This document shows, one piece after another, positions 43,401 to 53,230 of a stretch of DNA of 62,323 nt (position 1 is its first letter; each line of letters opens with the position of its first letter). A program made the translations under genes and the position numbers. The notes below the pieces were generated by a model, which was not told where the DNA came from, did no database searches, and saw only the letters and a list, made by a program, of their open reading frames with translations. Source of the DNA: Barthelona sp. PAP020 (Eukaryota); NCBI GenBank assembly GCA_040182905.1, contig JARQWU010000032.1, positions 1 through 62,323 of the forward strand, read 5' to 3'.

Positions 43401-46400
43401 TGTCTGATTAGTCATCTCTTCAATGGAATTGTGAACTTTAGAGTCTAATCCATTGAAGATCGATTTTGTTTCTTTTTCTAATTGTTCAATGGTTTCAACT
43501 GTTTTGTTTTCCACACAATTTAATGAAGTTTTGATTGTATCATTCAAATTCTCAATTTTCTCTTCAACTTTTTCAATTTGCTTGTGAATTAAAGAATTAT
43601 CGGCTGATATTGTTTTCAAATCTTCAGCTGAGCTCAAAAATTGTTCATTCATTTTTTCATTCATTGAATTGACATCAAGATTTAATTTTCCTTCCACTCT
43701 TTCAATTTCTTCTTCAATATTCTTCTTATTGACATTAGTCAATTCCAATAATTTTTTATCCAAACATTCGAAATTTTCTTCAACTTTTTTGTAAATTTGT
43801 ACTTCTTTTTTTTCCAAACAAGTTTGAATATTTTCAAACTTTTTCAAATTTTCTGCTTGAATTCCATCAATTCTAAGGTTTATTTCCTTTTCAATATTTT
43901 GTTGAACTTCATAAATTTTATCATTCTCCGTATTTAATTCAAAAATCTTTTCTTTAAAACTGCTATTTACTTCAGAAACCTGTTTATCTATTGTTTCAAC
44001 AAGTTTATTTTCCAAATCAATGATTTTTTCATTTGAAACGTTTTGCAACATTTCATTTTGTTCATCTACTCTATTTTCAAAAGTTTCCAACTTTTTATCC
44101 ATTAATAACGAAAGATTTTCAATTTTTGAATTGATTTCATCATTTTGTTCAAATAGATGTTGATCCGTTTCATTGATCTTTTCATTGAATGATGTTTTTA
44201 AATTTTCAATGTTTTCATTTATTGAAGAATGTGCCAAATTATTTTCTTCTTTAAATTTCATGAAATTTTCTGAATTTTCTTTGAATTTTTCATCAGTAAG
44301 ATTATTTTCTTGTGCTAATTTAATGATTAATTCATCTTTAAGCTCATTAACAGTGTTTATTGTTGAAACATAATTTTCTTTCATCTTATCATCAATATCA
44401 TTAACAATTGTCTTAATATTTTCATCAACTTTTGAAATTTTTTCATCAATATCTTTTAAATTCTTTTGATTTTCTTTTTTATCAATATTTCTCTCTTCAG
44501 TATTTTGTAAAAATCTTACTTCCATTTCTTTGTTAACTTTATCAACTTTTTCATCAAAATCAACACACATTCCTTCAATACGATTCTCAACTTGATTCAA
44601 TCTTTCACTCTCTTCAATCAAATCATTGGAAACAATGGTAATAGCTTCAGTAAAATCTGAAGATTGTTGTTCAATATCAATTGTCAAAGTTTCAAATTCT
44701 TTAGTTAGATTCTTATCTGCTTCAATTAAAGTCTTATATTTATCTTCAAGTCTTTGTTCTAAATTTTCAACCTTTATCAAACTATCTTCCACTTTATTAT
44801 CTATCTTTTCAATAGACTCTTCACAAACATTCACATTATCAGAAATATCCAATTTAAATTGAGTCATGATATTCTCACTAGCCATTAAATGGTCATTCAT
44901 GTCATTTAATCGAACAGTAAAATTCCTAGTTTTCTCATTAACAACATTTTCAATTTCAATGAGTTGTTTGTTTTCCATCTTGTTCATTTTATCTTTTAAA
45001 CCTAAATTTTCACGTTGAGTTTCAACCAATTTTTGAGACATCGCAGTAAACTTTAATTTGATGTCTTGTTGTTCAAAATTACCAATATTTGAAGTGGTCC
45101 CCAAAGTAGGGGATAAAGGTATGGTTTTTTTTGTGTTTAACATTGGTGAAGTATTTAATTGACTCATAGTTAAACCTCGTTTGTTGGTCATGGGACTAAA
45201 AGGTTGTCTAGTCCATTCTTTTGTCTTACTTTTCATTTGAGGCGTTTTTATAGCAGAATTTATTTGGGTCATTTGTCGAATTGTCGACTTTGGTGAAAAC
45301 ATAGCACTAGTTGGTGTTCCAATAGCTCTTTGTTTTGGACTACGAAATAAAGTTTGATTTGTCCCTTCTTTAGCCAAAAATTTATTGGTCCTTAAAGTAT
45401 TTCGAATAATCTGAACATTTTCTTCTGTCAAATCAGTTTTATCAAAATCAATTGAGTTCAGAGTTTTACCAATATTAAATTCAAGCAGTGTTGAATTTGC
45501 ACGCAAACCACTGATAAAAGCTTGCTGTCCAACTCCGCTTGGATCAGAACAACTCACTAGATCAGCAATCAGATGAGTCAAAGATTGATGTCTCTTCAAA
45601 AATTCACTTAAGCCTTGAAATGTAGTCATAGTGAATGGTACACTTTGGACATCTAATTTTGTTAAATGAGTGTTCAACGTTAATCTTCTGAAAAATTCAC
45701 CAAGTGCTTCAGGAGAAATTCTGTTACCACCCAAAAATAATTCTTTTAATTCAATAGTTGATAAAGCAGACGCTAAAAGATCCAAAGATCCATCTGTAAT
45801 AATGTTGTTTCTCAAATTCAATGAAATTAACGATCTATTTTCTATTAATGGAGTAAAAGCAGTTATAAAAAAGACATCATTAATCATACAATTTGCTAGA
45901 GCTATTTTTTCAAGAGTAGTGTTAAATTTAATAACTTTTGCTAATTGTTCAGCACAACCAGATTGAAGGGTATTTGAATTCAAGATTAATTGCTTAATAT
46001 GACTAGTTCTTAAAAGTCCTGCAAAAATAGTGGATATTCCAGCATCATTTAACCCATTACTAGCTAAATCTAACAAAGAAATTTTAGAAATTGGTGAGTC
46101 AAATATAGAAGTCAATGCAGAACATCCTAAATTTCCTAAAGAACAATTATTCAACTTTAAGGTTACAATCGATGAATTTCTTGACAAGCCATCAGCAATA
46201 ATTGTCACAACCGAAGGCGACAATGGTGAATAAGATAAATCTAATGTTTGTAAAGATCGTGTGTCAATTAATAAATCACTTAAATACTTTGCAATCTCAT
46301 CATTAAAATTTAATCGACAAATAATTAAAGAACTAAGTTTTGGTGCATATATTAAAGCTTGAAAGATACAATAATAATGCGCACAACTAATTTGTTCATT

Positions 46401-46547
46401 TAAATGTTCAAGATTTAATTCAGTTAATTCAGGATCCGATAAAGTAACAACCACATCAACAATGGGATCTAAGCCAGCATTTGTACAATTGGAAACATAA
46501 TTACTGACACTTTCATTGTTTTCATTTGCGTCACTACTGAATGACAT
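40437..46547 (-). CDS. Giant RNI-like LRR + long coiled-coil protein
   Basis: About ten 28-aa RNI-type LRRs (LQTLDLSYSPL, LISLNLRNNIITD), an S/T-P-rich linker, then about 1500 aa of coiled coil including 22-aa repeats. Confidence 0.8.
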   Translation of the reverse strand: MSFSSDANENNESVSNYVSNCTNAGLDPIVDVVVTLSDPELTELNLEHLNEQISCAHYYCIFQALIYAPKLSSLIICRLNFNDEIAKYLSDLLIDTRSLQTLDLSYSPLSPSVVTIIADGLSRNSSIVTLKLNNCSLGNLGCSALTSIFDSPISKISLLDLASNGLNDAGISTIFAGLLRTSHIKQLILNSNTLQSGCAEQLAKVIKFNTTLEKIALANCMINDVFFITAFTPLIENRSLISLNLRNNIITDGSLDLLASALSTIELKELFLGGNRISPEALGEFFRRLTLNTHLTKLDVQSVPFTMTTFQGLSEFLKRHQSLTHLIADLVSCSDPSGVGQQAFISGLRANSTLLEFNIGKTLNSIDFDKTDLTEENVQIIRNTLRTNKFLAKEGTNQTLFRSPKQRAIGTPTSAMFSPKSTIRQMTQINSAIKTPQMKSKTKEWTRQPFSPMTNKRGLTMSQLNTSPMLNTKKTIPLSPTLGTTSNIGNFEQQDIKLKFTAMSQKLVETQRENLGLKDKMNKMENKQLIEIENVVNEKTRNFTVRLNDMNDHLMASENIMTQFKLDISDNVNVCEESIEKIDNKVEDSLIKVENLEQRLEDKYKTLIEADKNLTKEFETLTIDIEQQSSDFTEAITIVSNDLIEESERLNQVENRIEGMCVDFDEKVDKVNKEMEVRFLQNTEERNIDKKENQKNLKDIDEKISKVDENIKTIVNDIDDKMKENYVSTINTVNELKDELIIKLAQENNLTDEKFKENSENFMKFKEENNLAHSSINENIENLKTSFNEKINETDQHLFEQNDEINSKIENLSLLMDKKLETFENRVDEQNEMLQNVSNEKIIDLENKLVETIDKQVSEVNSSFKEKIFELNTENDKIYEVQQNIEKEINLRIDGIQAENLKKFENIQTCLEKKEVQIYKKVEENFECLDKKLLELTNVNKKNIEEEIERVEGKLNLDVNSMNEKMNEQFLSSAEDLKTISADNSLIHKQIEKVEEKIENLNDTIKTSLNCVENKTVETIEQLEKETKSIFNGLDSKVHNSIEEMTNQTKVIVGEFDTKMNKSFEQIETQTKDIVDELKAEMNKSIEQVKIQGKSFIEEMNCKIDNSVEQTKSLVDDFDAKVNVSLKSVETVTNELNDRINDSFAQIESQKKSIVDEFDSKISDSMKNIKNETNSIVNEMKSEIDNSLEQIGTQMNEIQDNFEEIKDTNETLMKETESKITTNINDGLNELRIDFNTMITSKVDPLENNINEFIVGYGDFKTIFEQSQERIKNKIEQLSEKQMVLKDDLEKMDKNFSFIKETRIDSLSKLCEDLNGRLHEYKAVMVEGLKEVNQSVEVNKNKGEDLFDSFTEAQNIITKHSNTLVDIKDEIEQQRNNNDEQFNDIWTKLDDLQSFQEIVDESLNKNDTNIEKCNEKLQILTESQNVFAIGVKDLRERINDCEVDEKSLKKEVETLKNNYLEESKQLEIMMNELVNEKQERIYLNEQIDNFDTVVDDLDSKISKVNVKTNKAFEDLRNLGVFNNNLGETFENYENEFSKLTNEQINLANKIEFNQSLIESLNEASSAAQNEIRTINEENSKVSQEINNFSSVIERQKLRINKLQNDTDSKIQKLFAHNETKLEVLENFQDFIWKLEKLEGDFKESHSKNVSVMVMATSLDEEIKNIKQLINNVIDNVPDDAVSSAKKFVQQQGYLTGLGIEQKIEQKLKTFKDTIDAQNNQNINKELIQIQLNTDKLEILNASMENLQNSIDSSLKNDLKKEIQNELNLDMIKLQESFEKLEILTNNFDNSSTKILKNLEEEEKIKFQENLERMKKQEEHFEISLQNKTSQEILLKTNKLKQDLLLEFDATKMLIETLKADVNTEFNIVNDKVSLSQEKIKAELIEENKSELKFELEKWERQCKHEMKNEVISIISDKLEKELETKTKQELRLEMSEYLISNMKKIKNEVKMELIEQLKDELTLAVRKQLKEELREELEIELKEELKQELFNNTKEMKNSLTTIQNENVQLQRTIQGLAGEFQEDISQLIDYSENHS

Positions 46548-46946
46548 TTTGAAAAAGAAATGATTTTTCTATAAAGAACTTTTATCATTTATTTCTTTGT
46601 CAATAAATTGTAATTTTATTTGTTGGTATCTAATCAAGTATTTAATGTTTTTTCAATTGTGTTTAATCTGTTCTTTTTCAAGATCACTTTTTAATGTAAT
46701 GATTTAGCAATAATTAGGTATAAAATTATTTTTAATCATTTAATGGAAGGAAATTTTGATTTTAATTACTACACGCCAAAAACTAAAAAATTCTGAAATG
46801 AAACTGGTACTTTGTTGATTTCTTTCACAAATTATTTTTTCTATTGTTCTTTATTGAAGTGATATGACACTACTATTCTTGAAAACAATCAATATATGAA
46901 GAAAAAAAAAAAAAAAGTGAAAATCTTTTACATGTCTATTGGAAAA

Positions 46947-49928
46947 TCATTCAAAAATCATTTCTTTTTCTTCTTTTTTGAATAATTTTTCACCGCTTTC
47001 TGCCTCAATTGTATCAATCATATTAACTATATTGCTTGAATCATCAAAATCGTCATCAACATCATCATCATGAATTTTTGAATTTTCCAAAGTTGTTAAT
47101 TCAATGTTATCCATATCAACAGGTCTATATGGTGTTTTTAAAGGAGAACTTTTTAAACTTCTTTCATTTTTTGCCTTGAACTCAATTCTAAATTTTCCCA
47201 AAATTTCATTATTATCATCAGGAGTTAATATTATTGGAGAATCTATAATTTTTGCTGTTGGTGTTTGTCCTTTGGTCATATCTCTTTTAAAATCATTCAA
47301 ATAATCAGTAACAGTTAATTTTAACACACTTAAATCAGTATCAATATGTTTTGAACTTATAGAAATTTCTTCACTGGGTAAATTGACTAATTGAGATAGT
47401 TGGGCCAAATCTTCATTGAATTTTTTAATATTTTGGGAATATTGTGAATTTAATATTTGTTTAATATCGGTTACGTTATTGAACAAAGTTTTATTAACTT
47501 TTTCAGAAACATTTTCAATTTTTGCAACAAAAATTTCAGAATTTTCATCCAAAGATTTTAATAAAGCAGCATATGATTGTATTGATTCATCATTACCATT
47601 CAACAATGTGTTAATATCTGCTTCAAAGTCATTTTGATTTTCAACAAGAGATTTTTCATTGTTATCAAAACTGTCAATCATTTTAGCCATTGTTTCTGAA
47701 GATGTTCTTTTATTATCTTCAATAAAATGACATAATTGATCAATACTTTGATTTTGAGCTTGTTGATGAGTCAAAACAAATGTATTCAAATCATTAAATG
47801 ATTTTGAATGAATATCAAAATCATTAGCTTGCTTCTTTTCATAATTAGAAAGGATATTGTTATTATTTGCAAAACATTCATCCAAAATTTTGGAAACATT
47901 TGACAAAACAGTGTCTTTCATTTCAGTAAAATTCTTCTCTTGATTATTTATCAAAATACATAGTTCTCCTTCCAATTCTTTATGCATTTCATGTGATGCA
48001 TCTTTAGTTTCTGCAATTAACTTTTCAATAACATTTGAATTTTCATTTATAATGAATTTGACAGTGTTTACTTCATTTTCAAAATTGATAAACAATTCTC
48101 TTTGTGATTCAATCACTTTTCCAAATATTTCTTTCTGAGCTAACAAGAGTTTGTCAAATTTTTTATTATGTTGGTTATTCTTTTGTTCAAAATCTTTTCT
48201 TTCAAACGCTAAACTATCTAAAAGTTCATCACAATCATTTTTGATTCGAATTTTTCCATTTTCATGAGTTATCATTGCTTCATTTATTGATGTGTTTGTT
48301 TCTTCATCTAATTCAATAATATTGGAAAACAAATCTTCAAAAACTTCTGTCAATAAGTCAATGTTGCTCAAAAAAGATTCTTTTGAATGTCTAATTCCAT
48401 CTATCATTGATTCCAACAAACTCATCTGTTTATCAGCAACTTCATCAAGATGTCCATGAATTGATTCAATTTTTATTTCTACTTTATCTGCCAATGAAAT
48501 CGCTTCAATTTCATTAATCTCAGCTATTTTGTTTTTTTTTTCAATTCGTTTTGTCAAATTCTCAATCATTTCAACTTGACATACAACTTGCTGTTTTAAC
48601 GATTTTGCAGTCTCATGCAACGTTTTTGCTGAACATTCAAAAGTATCTCCCCTAAATTTTTCAATGTTTAATCTGTCTTCAGTTTCACCAAACAAGCTTT
48701 GTAATTCTTCAAATTTCTTCTGTTTTTCTGATAAAAGATCAGTCAACTCAATTAATTTGTTCCTGTGTGTTGTCAATTCATATTCCATTAAAGCATATCG
48801 TTCGTTAGGTAAATAAACCCCACCTGATTGTTCTCTTGCTAATTTCAATTCAGTCTTCAACTGAGCAATTTCTTCAGCATATTCTTTAATCAATAAACTT
48901 CGTGTCATTCTTTGATTTTGCTTAGGAGTATTCTTAATGGATCTAGCAGAACAACAATAATTTAGTGTGCTTAATGTTTCCTCCATCGTAACTGGAGAAA
49001 TTGTGGCAATAATACATGTTTTTGCTCGTCCACCCAATGATTCCTTCAAAATACGAGTTAACTTTGATTCTCTATATGGAATATGAGGTCTATTTTCCTT
49101 TAATGATGTTATTACTTTTCCCAAAGTTAATAAAGATTGATTGATAGATCCCGCTTCAAATGCTCTTTCCTTTCGGGCACCACTACGTCCAATATCTTCA
49201 CTACCCGCCAAATCAACCAAATGCAGTTTTCCAACTCTCAACATCTCCTCATCATTCATTAATTCTTTTGAATGGATGGTGATTGTAAATATTGAATGCG
49301 ATCTGGAAGAACGTTCATTACAATTAGTCGCTGCTACTTGCCTTTTCTTTTGAGAATGTCTCATCAATGTTAAAAGATCAGATACATTTGTAACTACTTC
49401 TTCTTTTAACCCTATAACATGTAATATACGATTAGATTCCCTTAACCTTAATTCACCATCATCCAACAAATCAATCAATTCCTCATTATAAATTTCCATA
49501 TGTGAAACACGAACAGTATATTCTGTTCCACCATTATTCAATTCATTAAAAATATATTCAATTGATCTCGGAATAATTCCACTATTTTCATTAGTTCCTT
49601 CCATGGAATAAGTTTTACCTGAAGAAGTGGCTCCATATGCAAATATTGTACAATTAAATCCATTTAATGTTTCTTTTATAATTGGTACAACCCATTTGTC
49701 AAAAATTTCAACGGTTTCAGTTTCTCCACCAAATGCATCATCAAAATAAAATGTTTTATTTGTCTTTTTTAATTGCATATCAACAATTCCTTGTTTGTGT
49801 TCTTCAGTTCTAGCTTTACAATCAACTAAAACTGGCAAATGTTTTTCTTTTTCAAATTGAGGTCTGCATCGAACAATAACTTTGATCGGTGATTTTTCGT
49901 GGGAAGAGTCGGACCCAAGTCGTACCAT
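46947..49928 (-). CDS. Kinesin-5 (BimC/Eg5 family)
   Basis: IKVIVRCRP, FAYGATSSGKTYSM, SSRSHSIF, VGKLHLVDLAGSEDIGRSGA, HIPYRESKLTRIL and neck KEYAEEIAQLK...AREQSGGVY. BimC box TKGQTPTAK near the C-terminus. Confidence 0.92.
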   Translation of the reverse strand: MVRLGSDSSHEKSPIKVIVRCRPQFEKEKHLPVLVDCKARTEEHKQGIVDMQLKKTNKTFYFDDAFGGETETVEIFDKWVVPIIKETLNGFNCTIFAYGATSSGKTYSMEGTNENSGIIPRSIEYIFNELNNGGTEYTVRVSHMEIYNEELIDLLDDGELRLRESNRILHVIGLKEEVVTNVSDLLTLMRHSQKKRQVAATNCNERSSRSHSIFTITIHSKELMNDEEMLRVGKLHLVDLAGSEDIGRSGARKERAFEAGSINQSLLTLGKVITSLKENRPHIPYRESKLTRILKESLGGRAKTCIIATISPVTMEETLSTLNYCCSARSIKNTPKQNQRMTRSLLIKEYAEEIAQLKTELKLAREQSGGVYLPNERYALMEYELTTHRNKLIELTDLLSEKQKKFEELQSLFGETEDRLNIEKFRGDTFECSAKTLHETAKSLKQQVVCQVEMIENLTKRIEKKNKIAEINEIEAISLADKVEIKIESIHGHLDEVADKQMSLLESMIDGIRHSKESFLSNIDLLTEVFEDLFSNIIELDEETNTSINEAMITHENGKIRIKNDCDELLDSLAFERKDFEQKNNQHNKKFDKLLLAQKEIFGKVIESQRELFINFENEVNTVKFIINENSNVIEKLIAETKDASHEMHKELEGELCILINNQEKNFTEMKDTVLSNVSKILDECFANNNNILSNYEKKQANDFDIHSKSFNDLNTFVLTHQQAQNQSIDQLCHFIEDNKRTSSETMAKMIDSFDNNEKSLVENQNDFEADINTLLNGNDESIQSYAALLKSLDENSEIFVAKIENVSEKVNKTLFNNVTDIKQILNSQYSQNIKKFNEDLAQLSQLVNLPSEEISISSKHIDTDLSVLKLTVTDYLNDFKRDMTKGQTPTAKIIDSPIILTPDDNNEILGKFRIEFKAKNERSLKSSPLKTPYRPVDMDNIELTTLENSKIHDDDVDDDFDDSSNIVNMIDTIEAESGEKLFKKEEKEMIFE

Positions 49929-50261
49929 ATTGAAATAAACTTGAAAAAAAAAAGATTGAGAGTGATTTAATGCCCATTAAAAAAAAAAACACCTCTCCTC
50001 AATTTCACTCAGTAACTTTAACGTGTGAATGCATCTCACTGTTGCTTTTGTTTCTGCAAGAGGAGACAAATGATGAATTTATTTTTAACCTCAATGTGAA
50101 TTCTTCAAATTAACATGCCAACAATAACTTTCTTTTCAATAAAAGATCTGAAGGAAAAATTCTGGGAAGGATATCAATCCAAAGTTTTTAGATTTCCAAA
50201 CAAAAATGGAATGTGAAAAGAGACAAAAAAAAAAAAGGTGATCAGATGTATTTATTGTGTT

Positions 50262-50618
50262 TATATGCTTTTTTAATACATAACAGATCTTTAAAAATGG
50301 TGAATGAATCTTTGCTGAAATAAACTGAATTATTTGAGGAATTTTCTGGAACAACCATTTATTCTGAGCAAAGTGAATTTAAAGATATTTTTAATATCAT
50401 TTCTTTGATACTATCAGGCTATTTGGTATCACAACTTGATTACCCAAATAAATTTTTAATTTGACAAAATAATATCAAAGTCTTGTCACAGCATTTGAAA
50501 TCTTTTTCATAGACATAAAAATAACAAAAAGAAGATTTGATATGAACATTCATCACATTATCGATACAGAAATTGATGTGAACTTTCATTAAACATTGTC
50601 CTTCAAGGTCCAATTGTG
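50262..50618 (+). repeat. Degenerate dispersed repeat, fragments F
   Basis: tatatgcttttttaatacat (50262) and acattgtccttcaaggtccaattgtg (50593-50618) match copy A tatatgctttttaaaatacattttcctttcaaaattggaccagtagtg. Confidence 0.4.
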
Positions 50619-50930
50619 AGCATACATATTTTTCGAATTGTGGGAACCAGCAAAAATTTCAATTTTATTTTTTAAATTCAACAAATGTTGCTCATTTTTT
50701 GTCCAAGAGTACAAATATTTATTTGTACAAAAGAAAACGACATTTTTTTTAACAGTGGTAGTTTCTCCCTGTAAAATTTTTTTTTAAATTTGCCTTAAGA
50801 ACTTCTATTTGCTACTGTATTACATTTTCTGAGCTTTGTTTGGTTATTAATAAAAAGGGAAAAGGGGAAAAGAAATTTGTCTTTTTTGGGATGTTTTACG
50901 AAATCCCTTTTTTTTATTATTATAGTTTTT

Positions 50931-53045
50931 ATGGAAAATCAGCAGCAGAAAAATGTTGTTTTAGACGATATTACTTCACACAGTACAAAAAAAAACTCAA
51001 AAATTGTTTTGGTGGCCTTCTTTTTGATGGCTTGCTTTTCAATGTATGGTGAAATTATGTTATTACCTTCATTGCCTACTATCGTTAGAGATCCTAAATT
51101 TAGTTCTGGTGCAAATTATGTTGCCTGGATATTAAGCATTTATCTTTTAGTTGGTGCTGTTGTAACTCCAATTGCTGGTGCTTTGGGAGATAAATATGGA
51201 AAGAAAAGGATGTTGATGTTGTGCATGTCATTTTTTGCCATTGCTCAATTTGGTTCGGCATTTGCATGGAGCATGCCTTCTTTAATTTTTTTCAGAGGTA
51301 TTCAAGGCCTTGGTTTAGGACAATTTCCTTTGGCAATGGGTATTATTCGAGATACATTTCCCTCTGACATCATTCCAATTGCTTTGGGAATTGTAAGCAG
51401 TTCTTTTTCAATTGGTGTTACTATTGGTTTCCTTGGAGGCGGTTGGGTCTCTGAAAACTTTGATTGGCAGATTAATTTCTTCTTTTCTGGTTTTGGTCTT
51501 CTTTTCTTGTTAGTGTTCATTTATTTTTATGTTGATGCACCTTTTGTACCAAATAATATGAAATTGGATGTATTTGGATGTTTCATCATAGGTTTTAGTG
51601 TGTTGTCATTAATGTTTGGACTTACTGAAGCTAAAACAAAGGAATTTACTGAATTATCAGTTTGGGGATGTATCTTATTGGCAATTATTATATTTTTTTG
51701 GTTTGTTGTGCATTCATTAAGAGTAGAAAATCCATTAATTCCTAAGAAGCTTATTGAAATTCCTGAAGTTATTATTGTTACCGTTTCTGCTTTTGTTATT
51801 GGTTTTTGTATGTTTTTAGTATACCAAACAGTGCCATTCTTTATTTCTTTACCTATCAATTCATATTATGTTCCTGGTGTTGGTAACGTAACTATTGATC
51901 CTCCTTTGGGTTATCATGGAGTTACTTCTACCCTTACATCAGGTCTTTGGATGAGTGCAGGTGCATTATCTCAACTCCCAATGGCGGCTTTTGCTGGGAA
52001 ATATGCAAGAAAGTTTGGACCCATGAGAATGATGTCTTTCGGTTTTATTGGAAGCGCACTTGTCACATTCCTTATGTTTTATTGGAATAGAACTACTGTT
52101 TCAATAATTGTCACTCAAATTCTCTTTGGTGCAACAATTGCTCCTATTCAAGTGTTGTTGATGACATGTTTAGCTGATTATGCACCTCAAGAAATTTTTG
52201 GTACTGCTACTGGTTTTAATTCTTTGTTGAGAAGTATTGGTTCAACGTTGGGTCCTGTTGTTTCTGAATTGATTACTTCCAAATATTTGAGAGTTTTCAA
52301 TACTCCTGCTGGAACATTTTTTATGAATGAACCTGAGGGATACACATATTGTTGGTTATTAGCTGGTATTGTTAGTTTTATTTCTGGAACTATTCTGTTT
52401 ATTATCAGAAACAAAGCCGGAACATCATCTATCTCTTCTGAAAATGAAGAAGATCCATCAACTGTTGATAGAGAGTTGGCTGAATCAAAAACACCTGTAA
52501 ATTTGGAACTTTGTGAGAACGAAACTTCAAAATTGGAATTTGAAATTTCAAATCTGGTGGAAGAAAGTCAACATACTCAAATTAGTTCATTATTGCAAAA
52601 AGCCTTTGAAAAACATGAAGGAAACTTATGTGAAAGTGAAATTGTTTGTGAATTGAGAAAGAAAGATGCAATTGTGTTTGAACGTATTGTTATTGTTGAT
52701 GATATTATTGTTGGTTATGGATGTGTTGTTAAAGTTACCGTTGATTCTGAGACTGACAAAGTTTATGCTTTGGGACCATTGGCTATTTTGCCAAATTATC
52801 AAAGATTGGGTTTGGGAACAAAGATTGTTGAATCTTTGTTGACTTCTTTGAAAGAAATTGAGGCAAATGGTTGTGTTGTATTGGGTGAGTTTGATTTTTA
52901 CAATAGATTTGGTTTTGAAAGAGATGAAGAAGTAACTTCAGCTTTTTCTCAAGATCATTTTTTGACAGTCAAATTTGGAAATGAAGATTTTAAAGGTCTT
53001 GTTGAATATGATGAGCTTTTTTACAAAAGTGAAATTGATTCTTGA
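50931..53045 (+). CDS. MFS drug:H+ antiporter (14-TM, DHA2/EmrB-QacA-like) fused to a C-terminal YhbS-like GNAT acetyltransferase
   Basis: MFS motif A (GALGDKYGKKRML), RGIQGLG, LGGGWVSENFDWQ, DVFG and ENPLIP. The C-terminal ~165 aa contains ALGPLAILPNYQRLGLGTKIV (acetyl-CoA motif A) and GCVVLGEFDFYNRFGF. The first ATG is at 50931. Confidence 0.85.
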   Translation: MENQQQKNVVLDDITSHSTKKNSKIVLVAFFLMACFSMYGEIMLLPSLPTIVRDPKFSSGANYVAWILSIYLLVGAVVTPIAGALGDKYGKKRMLMLCMSFFAIAQFGSAFAWSMPSLIFFRGIQGLGLGQFPLAMGIIRDTFPSDIIPIALGIVSSSFSIGVTIGFLGGGWVSENFDWQINFFFSGFGLLFLLVFIYFYVDAPFVPNNMKLDVFGCFIIGFSVLSLMFGLTEAKTKEFTELSVWGCILLAIIIFFWFVVHSLRVENPLIPKKLIEIPEVIIVTVSAFVIGFCMFLVYQTVPFFISLPINSYYVPGVGNVTIDPPLGYHGVTSTLTSGLWMSAGALSQLPMAAFAGKYARKFGPMRMMSFGFIGSALVTFLMFYWNRTTVSIIVTQILFGATIAPIQVLLMTCLADYAPQEIFGTATGFNSLLRSIGSTLGPVVSELITSKYLRVFNTPAGTFFMNEPEGYTYCWLLAGIVSFISGTILFIIRNKAGTSSISSENEEDPSTVDRELAESKTPVNLELCENETSKLEFEISNLVEESQHTQISSLLQKAFEKHEGNLCESEIVCELRKKDAIVFERIVIVDDIIVGYGCVVKVTVDSETDKVYALGPLAILPNYQRLGLGTKIVESLLTSLKEIEANGCVVLGEFDFYNRFGFERDEEVTSAFSQDHFLTVKFGNEDFKGLVEYDELFYKSEIDS

Positions 53046-53230
53046 GTAAATGTTTTTCGGGTTTTTTTTTAGAGACTTGTTGGGGGAAGAACCACACTCT
53101 CTGTTGCACATTTTAAGATCTAAACAGTAATTTTTGAGTCTATATTGTCAACAATTATGACCAATTTGTGAAATATTACTTTTTGAAGAAAAAATGGTTT
53201 TAAATTCTTTGGACATAAAAAATTAAGTAT

